A stretch of 64,000 nucleotides of DNA from Octopus vulgaris (taxonomy: Eukaryota): positions 139,314,001 through 139,378,000 of the forward strand of contig OX597817.1 in assembly GCA_951406725.2 (NCBI GenBank). Direction: 5' to 3'. A model generated the notes under the pieces. It was not told the DNA's origin and did no database searches. It saw nothing but the letters and a program-made list of their open reading frames with translations. Of the stretch, positions 1 through 11,660 are shown piece by piece; the stretch's first letter is position 1, and each line of letters opens with the position of its first letter. The translations under genes and the position numbers were made by a program.

Positions 1-1
1 C

Positions 2-34
<33 letters not shown>

Positions 35-190
35 CATATATATATATACATACATATATATATACATACATATATATATATATACATATATATATATACA
101 TACATACATACATACATGCATATATATACATATATATATACACATACATACATACATACATGCATACATATATATATATATATATATATA
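1..190. repeat. (TA)n/(TACA)n compound microsatellite
   Basis: Directly visible. Confidence 0.97.
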
Positions 191-580
191 GTCTTTTACA
201 TGGTGGACAGGTTAGTTTGAGCTTCCCTACTACTATAATGTAAACTTTTTTTGAACTCATAATATTCTGTGCGTGTATACCAATATTCCACTGAACTTTT
301 TAATAATTCCTTCTGGAAACTATCTTTAACATTTTCTTGAGAATGTATATATATGTTGTAATCTTTTGTGCCCAATATTTTAATGAACTTGTTAAACTTT
401 CTTATGTCCTTAACATGTTCTTGTTACCAAAGACTGTATATATGCATTGTAGCATTTTGTGACAACTAATAATTAACACAACCAAACTTTTACATGTTAC
501 TTTTGACAATTTTTTTCCAAAGAGTGAAACCGGTAAAGTAAATAAATATCTTTTAAAATTGTATTTTCAAACCTTCTTTC

Positions 581-622
<42 letters not shown>

Positions 623-679
623 CATACATATATATATACACACGCACACACATTTACATACTTGTATATGTATATAACT

Positions 680-1310
680 ACGCATAGAAGGATAAGCTTG
701 TCAGGAAGGCCGAGGGTGTCTTGGCATCACTCAGCAGGTCTTTTGTTAGCCGCTCTCCAGCCATCTATTTAAAACTGTATACAGCTATAGTACGACCACA
801 CTTGGAATTCGCATCATCAGTTTGGAACCCCTATCTTGCACAGAACATTGACCTCCTGGAATCTGTCCAGAGACGTGCAACCAAACGCATACCCTCCATC
901 AGACACCTACCATATTCTGAGCGCCTTGTTTCCCTGGGCATGGATTCACTGAAGCTCCGGCGTTTGGCGACGGACTTGGTAAACACCCACAAAGTTATCA
1001 ACCACCTCACCAACAACAACACTGAACACCTTTTGATCTCCATGTGTCTAACACACGTGGACATGCCTACAAAGTCAGAAAACAATACAGCTCCCATGAC
1101 TTTCGGAAACATTTTTTCACGCTCAGAGTTGCTGAAGCATGGAATAAACTGCCTGCGTCAGTTGTTGACTGCCATGACACTGCATCTTTTAAGGCCCTCA
1201 TGCTTTCCGAAATCCGCCGAAACTACACCTGATTATATATACACTTTAGATGAGTTGTAGTGCACCTGAGCACTGTACACAATTATTATTATTATTATTA
1301 TTATTATTAT
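680..1310 (+). mobile_element. CR1/L2-group LINE 3' fragment (RT C-terminus, 3' UTR, (ATT)n tail)
   Basis: LYTAIVRPHLEFASSVWNPY...ESVQRRATK...RRLATDL, a frameshift, then NTRGHAYK...RKHFFTLRVAEAWNKLPASVV; ends in (ATT)n. Confidence 0.92.
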
Positions 1311-1739
1311 AAGCAAGTATGTATACATGCATGTGCGTGTATATATATGCACACACACACTTATATATTCATGGACCCACGCATGCATAAATATACATAA
1401 ATATATATACACATATATAATCAGATATATGTACTTATATACAAACGCATGTAAAAAGCACTAGGTCCACTCTGTCAGGTGGTCAGTGTTATTAGGAAAA
1501 GCATCCTGAAGTAAAAGACCCAGCCAAATAGGTGAAACCGGGTGCATTCTACCCTACCAGCCCCTGTCAAACCGTCCAACCCGTGCCAGCATGGAAAACA
1601 GATGTTAAATGATGATGATGATGATGATAGATATTAAAGGAATTCTTGTTATTTACAGAAAAGTTTGTCTTCGTCAGACATAACCATTTTGTAGTTTGGT
1701 TTTCTAACCACTTGTTTTTTAACAGACACCAAACAAAGT

Positions 1740-2070
1740 ATCATTATCATTGTTTAACATCCTCTTTCCATGCTAGCATGGGTTGGACGATTTGACTTAG
1801 GTCTGGCAAACCAGACTCCAATCTGATCTGGCAGAGTTTCTACAGCTGGATGCCCTTCCTAACGCCAACCACTCCGAGTGTGTAATGGGTGCTTTTACAT
1901 GCCACCGGCATGAGGGCCAGTTTGGTGGTACTGGCAATGGCCACACCCAAATGGTGCTTTTTACATGCCACCTGCACAGGAGCCAGTCCAGCGGCACTGG
2001 CGCCGACCTCGCTCGAATTTTTCACATGCCACCAGCACAAGTGCTAACGATCACGCTCGAATGGTGTGCT
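1740..2070 (-). mobile_element. RTE 3' tail copy (others at approx. 6575-6930 -, 7270-7475 +, 14520-14680 -, 24455-24885 - split, 32588-32860 -, 35950-36220 +, 36570-36715 +, 40261-40545 +, 42455-42650 -, 45243-45405 +, 53800-54150 -, 57930-58393 +)
   Basis: All share ctacagctggatgcccttcctaacgccaaccactcc and/or tttaacgtccg.tttccatgctagcatgggttggacg with 60900-61066. Confidence 0.9.
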
Positions 2071-2406
2071 TAAAGTATCCGGTAACTTATCTCATTGACT
2101 CCACGATGATGAGAGACAAGGCCAACCTCAACAGAATTTGAACAGAAGATGTAAAGACGGATGAAATGTTTCTAAGCATTCTGCCTGCGACGTTAACAAT
2201 TCGGTCAGCCTCGCTGCTGTCATTGTTATGTTTGCATATGGAAATGAAATTTGTAAAAGATGAAGAATTCAATTAAAAAAACACAACACAAACACTTGGG
2301 AAAATTTGTCAGCAAAAAATTTTTTTAATTTGATTTTTCATTTTATTTCATTAAAAATAAAAATTCAAAAGTTAACTGAAATCATCTTTTTCAAGGTACT
2401 AGGGAG

Positions 2407-2449
<43 letters not shown>

Positions 2450-4383
2450 CTGAATAAATGAAACAATAATAAAAAAGAAAAGACAAAACAATTTTTGAAA
2501 TGGCGCCCAAAACAGTTAACGGCAAAAACTGAAATTAATTAAAACACATGATATGATTAATACTACAGGAAAACTACTGACATTGTTGATGTTGTTGATG
2601 ATGATGATGATGAGGTTGCTGTACCAGGCAACATCGCTGCAACCAATGAGATGATGAAGAACAGTGGCAGCAATCACACAGTCAAATCTGCTCAATTAAT
2701 TGATTATTTATATAATTAAAGAACAAAGTCTCTTACATCGTTTGGCCTTTATCCCTGTCTGCCTCACCAAAGCACAAATTATTGTCCGCTAATTAAACAC
2801 TTTAAGTTACTTTCCATCAACATTACAAGACAGAAATTACATTCCTCTCTCTGCCATTTGAGTTTCATTTCCGCATGCATTCACGCTTGAAATGGTTTCT
2901 GGGAGCAATCGCGCCAGCTGTTCTTCCTCGTATAACCACTGAGCCATGGAGGTGGAGTGGAATCTGCCTCATGGCATTCAGCTAATCTGCAGATATGTAA
3001 TCTAGAGTTAATCTGGAGATAAACTAGAGACAAGTGAGCCAGAGACAGCAGAAATATGCTTCACGCTCAAGTGCGCAACCTAATGGCTATTCAAAGATTT
3101 GAACTTCCAATCGCATGGTTAGAAGCTCGGCACATAGATTTAATACAAATATATGTGGGCTTAGTGCCACGGTTTTAGACTGATCAGCCTCATTGTCAAA
3201 AGATGGAGATGCTATATTACTCGAAACAGGAATGCAAGATAATTATTCCAAGTACTGCTGCACTAACAAACCATTAATTCTTCGTTAGCTCAGTTAATAG
3301 AGATAGATCTTCCATCAGTCACAAGAAGGAATTGTCCAGCTATTTGACCGACTGAATTACCTGCTCTTGAATTAATGTGTAGGTAGCTGAGTATTCCTCA
3401 GACCAGTGGACTCAATGTTATCTTCAGACAGACAGAATCAATGACACAATGTATTAAAGCTGCCCCACTGAATTACTGGTACGACCCAGATGATGAGCTT
3501 CCACAGCTTCTGTCTACCAATTCTCAATATCAAATTCTGGGTTATCACAAGACTAAGGTAAAAAGACCTGAAGCAGCATACAATGCGATTGAACCCACCA
3601 CCTCATGGTTGTAAAGTTCACTTCTTAACCATTCAAGCCATGCCTGCATCTTTTCCATGGTACCTAATTATGACCTGACATATTCTTGCGCATTCCTGAT
3701 TTCATTTGACTGAGGCTGTTCAATTAAGACAATCCATCCATGGATGATCAGCATTATTTACACTGAACCAATCTGGATAGACCAGCTCTGGATCAAACTT
3801 CCTCCAGTTCAATATTAAACCAATTAAGATAAACCTCACCTAGCTTAAAACTTGACACAGCAAGTTAATGACACTTTGATGATAGTGCTGCTTCCAGCAG
3901 CATGTTATTCCTAGCTAGGATTACCTCCTAGCAGCCAGGTGGACTGAGCCATTCGAGACTCAAGTCTAGGTGACCACTGACATAATATAAACTTTCAGTT
4001 AGTTGATGGATAACCATTCAGTTTCCCCATCCATGTTCTCAAGGTCCAGACCACTTTAAACAGGGAGAGAAACAAATCTGTGAGTGGAAAGACCAAACTG
4101 TATCCACTTGGCACCATGTCTTGAGTTACCACAAAACCTGGGCTGTGGAAACGGTAATCAAGCAGGAAATGTGAAAAGTTACAAAGCTCAAGAAGATAAT
4201 ATAAAAAAAAAAAAATCGTCTAAGTTCACAACAAATGCTCAAGAGAAGTGAGCAGAGGAATAATTTATAAAAACAAAAATATTTTTGGTTAAATTAGAAG
4301 AAATGGTTGGCAAGCATCCAGAAAATCTTTGTTTCTTCCATTGTTGTGAATGAAGCAAATAATGATGAACTGAGATATATGTA

Positions 4384-4440
<57 letters not shown>

Positions 4441-4536
4441 ATAGATAAAGGGTGAAATATAATTAATTTAATAAAATCAACAAATTTCACCTCGTAGTAT
4501 TTCGGTATGGAAAAGGACCATATTCGGTAAAAGTTT

Positions 4537-4721
4537 ATATAATTATAACAATGAGAGTCTTTGCAACAAGTTGCTAGACTACATACCGAAAGTTTTAGAA
4601 ATAGCAGCCAGAGGACTGCTATTTCCTTTAGTAGTAAAAGGAAATAGCAGTCCTCTGGCTGCTATTTCTAAAACTTTTGGTATGTCTAGCAACTTGTTGC
4701 AAAGACCCGCATTGTTATAAT

Positions 4722-4726
<5 letters not shown>
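4537..4726. repeat. Long fold-back inverted repeat (about 90-bp arms) in a (TA)n-flanked element
   Basis: Arms are near-perfect reverse complements around a loop of about 7 nt at 4630-4636. Confidence 0.93.
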
Positions 4727-4779
<53 letters not shown>

Positions 4780-5410
4780 TGTATGTGTGTGTGTACACAA
4801 CACTGGAACACCATGAAGTGGCAGCAGCAGCAGCTGTATACTTGACCTTGAAAAATACAAGAGACTGGAGCTGGTTAGAAATGAACCTCAGATGTCAAGC
4901 TTTAGTTCTGCTTCTCTCATAGTGGGTTAATGAAAAACTAGAAATTGCATGAAAAACGAAATCCAGCAATGTGTGTGTGTGTGTATACATGTACTTATAT
5001 GTATATAAAACTTCTTGTATAATAGTTTCCTGGCTGGCAAGTAGAATGGAAGAAACTGGTCAATTAGTCTATGAAGAACAGTCTGGTGCAATGCAAAACA
5101 TGTCTTTGTACAGCTAAAGGTGAGTATTGTGTGGTGCAGTAATTTCTGTTGTGGGAGCAATATTGTCTGGTGTTGTGTTGTAGCAGGGGGTGGGGGGGTA
5201 CTGAGTGCCATATTGTAGCTAAAGAGGTTTACTTAAAAGTGCACATGTCTGGAAGCTTACCTTAAATTTTCACTTATCCTGTTGCCATCTTCTGCTTCTA
5301 AATATTACAGTGGTGTGTGTGTGTAGACATATTGTGTGTGTGTGTGTGTGTTTCTGATGATAAGTGCAAAGAGACACTGCAAAGCTAACCGCAGAACCAT
5401 GGTGCAGAGG

Positions 5411-5688
5411 TTATTCTACACAAACCATCCACTCTCTATTTGCAAAAACCATGGCAAAATAAAATTTGTCCCTGGGTCGACAATAGTTCTCGTCCAGTTC
5501 ATTGAGGGTCTGTAGGTAGGGTTCAGTGAGAGGAACATTCCAGTCAAAAGTGACTTCTTTCTCTTCCACTTGAATGGTTACACGGACCTTCCCATTAGAC
5601 AGGACCTCAGTGTCGAAGGTCACTGAGGAACTTTTACCCCAATAAGGAAGCTTATTTTTCATCTCCTGTCCATCTACGTACACCTCAC
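5411..5688 (-). CDS. CRLF3: CRLF3 terminal coding exon 7 (278 nt including TAA)
   Basis: tttgcag|GT. Translates GEVYVDGQEMKNKLPYWGKSSSVTFDTEVLSNGKVRVTIQVEEKEVTFDW...FYFAMVFANREWMVCVE*. The seven exons sum to 1344 nt = 448 codons. Confidence 0.95.
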
Positions 5689-5971
5689 CTGCAAAATAAA
5701 GAAAGATCAAACTGGTTTTCAAAATTGTAAATATATTCGCCAAAAGCAAAGTTATAAACAGCTTTTAATCTTTTACTTGTTTCAGTCATGTGACTGTGGC
5801 CATGCTGGAGCACCGCCTTTAGTCGAGCAAATCGACTCCAGGACTTATTCTTTGTAAGCTTAGTATTTATTTTATCGGTCTCTTTTGCAGAACCGCAAAG
5901 TTACGGGGATGTAAACACACCAGCATCGGTTGTCAAGTGATGTTGGGGGGATAAACAGACACACTAAACAT

Positions 5972-6017
<46 letters not shown>

Positions 6018-7556
6018 ATATATACAACGGACTTCTTTTAGTTTCCATCTACCAAATCCACTCTCAAAGCTTTGGTCGGCCCGATGCTATAGTGGTAAGT
6101 AAGCAAGCTACTTACCACACAGCCACTCCTACACCTATGTTAATTAAATATGGAAAATATATATTTTCTTTCAGTTCTCTGAAGAAATAAATATTAAACC
6201 AAGCCATTGTGCCACACATTATTTTATTAACGATTTTTAATTTAAGTAGAAGGAAACATATTCTGAAAGGGATTCACCCTCATCCTTTTTGTTTTAAGAT
6301 CCCCTTTTACATATTTGCAGGGGTCGAATGGGATTTGTCGGGGCAGAATTAATATGACTGGATGGATGCCCTTCCAATCATCAACTTTCACCGGTTTCCC
6401 AGCAAGGTCCTATTTTCTTCCTTGGCAAGACATGTTTTAGCAGGAAATGCACAACACTGCATGTATAACAGTGACGCTCATTTACAATTACCACACAAGT
6501 GTCAAGACAAACACACACAAACACAGAGATTGCAATGCAAATAAACACACTTGCGCTTGATATATAAAATATACATCATCATCATCATCATTTAATGTCC
6601 ATTTTCCATGCTAGCATGGGTTGGACGGTTCAACCAGGGTCTGGGAAGCCAGAAGGCTGCACCAGGCTCCAGTCTGATCTGGCAGTGTTTCTACAGCTGG
6701 ATGCCCTTCCTAACGCCAACCACTCCATGTGTGTAGTGGGTGCTTTTTATGTGCCACCGGCACAGGTGCCAGGCGAGGATGGCAACGGCCACAATCAGTT
6801 GGTGCTTTTTACGTGCCACCAGAACGGAGGCCTGAAGTGGCGCTGGCAATGGCCACAATCGGTTGGTGCTTTTTACGTGCCACCAGAACGGAGGCCATTT
6901 GAAGTGGCGCTGGCAACGGCCACGTTCGGATGATTATACACATGTAAGTAGACATAGGAAGATTTCTAGCGAATCAAAGACGGAAAACATTCAGAAAAGA
7001 GTGGCTGCAAGAGAAATCGATGGGAGCCGAGAAAGGGGACAGTGATGCAGAGGAATGCTAAGGTGTCTTTCAGGTTCCATCTTCCAAATCCACCACCAAA
7101 GCTTTGGTCACCCTGCAACTGTAGTAGAAGACGATAGAATACCAGCCCCAGTACAAGACTGGTATTTTGTTTTTGTTTCAGAATGGTTCACCTTGAAATG
7201 GGTGTATTTTGGGGTCACATCCATTTCAGTAATACCATGGTATGCACCCCAACAATCAGAATATATGGTCGTACCGCCAGACTGGCCCTCGTGCTGGTGG
7301 CACGTAAAAGCCCCACTACACTCTTGGAGTGGTTGGCATTAGGAAGGGCATCCAGCTGTAGAAACTCTGCCAGATCAAGATTGGAGCCTGGTGCCGCCAT
7401 CTGGTTCGCCAGTCTTCAGTCAAATTGTCCAACCCATGCTAGCATGGAAAGCGGACGTTAAACGATGATGATGACAACACAATGATGGAATGCAAAGTTC
7501 ATCTTGACAGATTTTTAACTCAGAACTTAACTCTTAACCTAAATCTATTCACTATT

Positions 7557-7593
<37 letters not shown>

Positions 7594-8447
7594 TAATAAC
7601 GATAATGATAATAATAATAATAAATAACAACAACAGCAACAGTGACTGCATTCCACTCAGTTGAGCATTTTCACATTTACAACGTCCAATGTTACCTCTG
7701 AGACTCTTTACAGACATTGTTTACACTGTTAAATGAGCTTCTTTACAGTCCAACTGACCTCCCTGTTAGCACCATCTTTACTCTGCTCACAGATTGACAC
7801 TGTTAAAAACGTTATCTTTAAACTGTTAAACAACATCACATCTGAATCTGACAATTTTCTGACAGTTTAGACTAAAATCTAAGAAAAAAACAATTATTAA
7901 ATTATTGACATTAAAATAACATTGTGATGATGATGATGATGATACTGGAGATAGTAATGTTGTTCAACCCCAGGTCAGCCCTGATCAAACCAATCTATGA
8001 GCTAAGTCATTCCAGTCATGACCATTCCATCTTTTTCCAAGCATAATGCATCTAGGACTACATTATCCAATGTGACTTTCCTTTTCTTCTTTTTTCCAAA
8101 CTGTAGGATGTGGTATGCAAGGGATTTGGCTGCTATTTCTAGATCAATGTTCAACAAAAGACTTCCTTATTGTTTCCATGGTGATAGTAATACTGAAGTG
8201 TATTGAAATGATGTTATTTCGTTCCTTAATTAGAATGGTAAATCTGATAAATCAACAGATCCTCTCTGTGGCTGACCATCTTAATAGAAATAGCAGTCAA
8301 ATATCCTCAACATATACTGTCGTAAAAAGGCAAGAACACATTGTATAATGTAATCTTTGATACACTATGCCTGGGAAGAAAAGACATGATGGTCACGGTT
8401 GGAACGTTTCTGATCATAGGTTGGCTAAACAACCATCAAGAACTTAC

Positions 8448-8690
8448 CATCCACTGTAACATAAGCAGCACCAGGTCTTCTTAATGTATTACAAAACGAT
8501 TTATTGATAGACAATCCGACTCCATCGCCAGGACAGGAATCCCCAGCCGCCAACACTCGGAACGTAATTGATTGACAAGCAGTGTACAAGCATCCACAAG
8601 AGTAAAGCACAACAGAGTCTCCATCACAACATTTTGTGGCCGTCTGGTTTTCGTTAGTTGTCATGTAAGCAGGGTTATCAGCATTCCACT
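8448..8690 (-). CDS. CRLF3: CRLF3 coding exon 6 (243 nt), SPRY-like domain
   Basis: ttttcag|AG ... GAT G|gtaagt. Translates EWNADNPAYMTTNENQTATKCCDGDSVVLYSCGCLYTACQSITFRVLAAGDSCPGDGVGLSINKSFCNTLRRPGAAYVTVD. Confidence 0.94.
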
Positions 8691-8715
8691 CTGAAAAAAT
8701 ACACATAGAAATATA

Positions 8716-9130
8716 TATTTCTTTATTGCCCACAAGGAGCTAAACACAGAGGGGACAAACAAGGACAGACAAAGGGATTAAGTCAATTACATCGACCCCA
8801 GTGCGAAACTGGTACTTTATTTATCGACCCCAAAAGAATGAAAGGCAAAGTCGACCTCGGCGGAATTTGAACTCAGAACCTAATGACAGACGAAATACCT
8901 ATTTCTTTACTACCCACAAGGGTCTAAACATAGAGCGGACATACAAGGACAGACAAAGGGATTAAGTCGATTACATTGACCCCAGTACGTAACTGGTGCT
9001 TAATTTATCGACCCCGAAAGGATGAAAGGCAAAGTTGACCTCGGCGGAATTTGAACTCAGAACGTAACGACAGACGAAGTACAGCTATGCATTTCGCCCG
9101 GCACGCTAACGTGTCAGCCAGCTCGCCGCC
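8716..9130 (-). mobile_element. tRNA-derived SINE family B, tandem dimer (other copies at approx. 10738-10970 -, 18560-18792 -, 24604-24792 -, 25274-25669 +, 32050-32250 -, 50106-50495 +, 63770-64000 -)
   Basis: Head ggcggcgagctggc.ga.acgttagc, B-box gagttcaaattcc, central gactttgcctttcatcctttcggggtcgataaattaagtacc, end gtaaagaaatagg. Confidence 0.9.
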
Positions 9131-9928
9131 TATACACACAGAAATATATTGTTGCAAATGTTTATCTGGAAAATTCTATAATAAATACTCAATGGATAAT
9201 CTCACTAAAACTTCTGAAACTATTAAAACAACATCCATGTAAGGGGACTACAAGAGCCCAGCATTATTTGTAACATTTGAATAACTGTGGTTTCATTGGT
9301 TTTTACATCACTTTTTCCATGCCTGCATGGGTTAGACAAATATGATATTGAAGCATTATTTTGCAGCTAGATGCTCTTCCAGTCACTAACCCTTACATGT
9401 TTTTTTTTTCAGGTAAGGATTCTCTTATTTGACATGTCTATTGGATAGCATGAAGTGAATGATCAATTTGTAGTTAGGACAAGTGACCGAAGCAACACTA
9501 CAAGCAAAAAAAAGACTATCATAGATAGGCTTATAATGAAAAGACATTCCAACTATGGCCATACCATATTTTCTACTGGAAAAGTCTACCCTGAACAATA
9601 TTATCCAAACAACAGCATTGATTCAGGGAGATTTAGCTATTTTCAGGGGTTGAGTGACAATGTACAAACACCAACATTGGTTCATGGCATATGGGTGATG
9701 AAAACATACATAATATATATGTGGGCACGTATATATATATATATCGTTGCTATAATGCAAAAGTGTTGTAAGTCCAAAACGTTGCTTTTTCAGCAAAACC
9801 GTTGTACTACACTTTGACAATTTTTGATATCTTGGCATCTGAAGCTGCTGGAGATACGATGGTTTGCAAGCAAATATAAATATTGAGAAAAATGCATTTG
9901 GACATACGACAGCTTTACATAATAGCAA

Positions 9929-9970
<42 letters not shown>

Positions 9971-10067
9971 TAATAAAGGGTAAAATTAATTCATTAGTAA
10001 TTAATAATTCTACCAAGTAGTGTTCAGCATGTTAAAAGGACCATTTACGGTAAACTTAAACATTAAA

Positions 10068-10254
10068 CATTACTTTTTATAATTATTAGTATAATTATAA
10101 TTAGGGTTCAGCAAAAAAAATTTGCTTTGCCACATACCGAACGTTTAGAAATAGCAGCCAAAGAACTTAGCTATTTCTACAAGTTCGGTATGTGGCAAAG
10201 CAAATTTTTTTTGTTGAACCCTAATTATAATTATACTCATAATTATAAAAAGTA

Positions 10255-10256
<2 letters not shown>
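10068..10256. repeat. Long fold-back inverted repeat (about 87-bp arms) in a related (TA)n-flanked element
   Basis: attactttttataattat...tagaaatagc / gctatttcta...ataattataaaaagtaat. Confidence 0.93.
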
Positions 10257-10294
<38 letters not shown>

Positions 10295-10408
10295 TGTCTG
10301 AATATCTAACTGATCTCAAGCAAAGGTCGCAAGTACAATGATATATAAGATTGCCTCTGACAAGGATTTTGTGGTAACAAAAAATATGGATAAAGGGAGA
10401 TAACTGAC

Positions 10409-10652
10409 CGTAGTGAGGCAAAGTTGTGGAAGCTACAGTTGGCACACTCCACACACTCCAGGCTGTGTCGGGGTCGGCGCGGCATCGTGTTCGAAACGAA
10501 TAAGGGTGGTTAGTTTGTAAGTGTTTCACTAAACATAACGAATTGGCACCCAAATAGGCATTATGGAATGGGACGCACGTATCCTCATTTGACTTGATCA
10601 CACCAGACGCATACTGCAGACAAAATTCTGTAGCATCAAAATCTTCTTCAGT
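10409..10652 (-). CDS. CRLF3: CRLF3 coding exon 5 (244 nt), fibronectin type III domain with WSXWS motif
   Basis: tttttcag|ACT ... TAC G|gtcagt. Translates TEEDFDATEFCLQYASGVIKSNEDTCVPFHNAYLGANSLCLVKHLQTNHPYSFRTRCRADPDTAWSVWSVPTVASTTLPHY. Confidence 0.95.
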
Positions 10653-11220
10653 CTGAAAAATAAACAGAATCCATTAACTCTGTGGCCTGACATGGATTAG
10701 CAGACTCACTAGTTGCACATTTCTAGTGTTGCAACACCTATTTCTTTACTACCCACAAGGGGCTAAACACAGAGAGGACAAACAAGGACAGACAAATGGA
10801 TTAAGTCGATTAGATCGACCCCAGTGCGTAACTGGTACTTAATTTATCGACCCCAAAAGGATGAAAGGCAAAGTCGACCTCGGCGGAATTTGAACTCGGA
10901 ACGTAACGGCAGACGAAATACCGCTAGGCATTTCGCCCGACGTGCTAACGTTTCTGCCAGCTTGCCGCCTTAAACACCATCAATCGTTTACATCATGCAT
11001 TAAAACTCATCTCAGGAGAAGGTGACACAAAAACACAACTTTGAACAACACAGGTGAGGGAGATATGGCTTTTCGGGACTAACACAACTCCAGAGTACAC
11101 CAAGGGAACTGATCACAGGTATTCAATGGGTTACACACTCACTAATAAAATTATTCAGTTAAAAAAAAACTAGCATTTTGTTGGCTTCGCTTTATTAAAT
11201 GTCTGTTTATCTACATCGAT

Positions 11221-11488
11221 GGGTACTACTAGCGAACAGTGGTCCCGGTGCGCGCACTTGCGCATCTGCGCTAGCTAGTCACGACTAGTCGATCCTTACT
11301 TTGTGTTTTTGTGTGTTATTTACTTTGTCTAACAAAAATTATTTACTTTGTGTAAAAAAAATTATTTATTTTGTGTTTTATTTACTTTGCTGGGTAGTCG
11401 TTGTAGGATCGACTAGTCACGACTAGCTAGTGCGGATGCGCGACTACGCGAGTGCGCGCACCGGGACCACTGTTTTCAAGTAGTACCC
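11221..11488. mobile_element. MITE with about 75-bp imperfect TIRs (GGGTACTACT...AGTAGTACCC), AT flanks; PIF/Harbinger-ISL2EU-like
   Basis: TIRs are directly visible and CpG-rich; centre has tttactttgt repeats; AT on both sides is a possible TSD. Superfamily call is inference. Confidence 0.85.
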
Positions 11489-11611
11489 ATCGACGAAGGC
11501 AGGCAAACTGAAACTTCAAAGTCACTTTGTCCTACTTAAAAGTATTAAGTACTCTTTGAATTTCATGTTAAATTGTCTTTATATACAGCTTGACAGAAAA
11601 ATAATAATTAT

Positions 11612-11660
<49 letters not shown>

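Noticed and set aside
2640-3000. Unique TAAT-rich segment as a conserved enhancer
   Set aside because: Motif density is explicable by AT content; no comparative data.
6595-6933. Recurrent ORFs containing FLQLDALPNANHS, suggesting a gene family
   Set aside because: Antisense translations of the non-coding RTE tail; frames and stops are inconsistent among copies.
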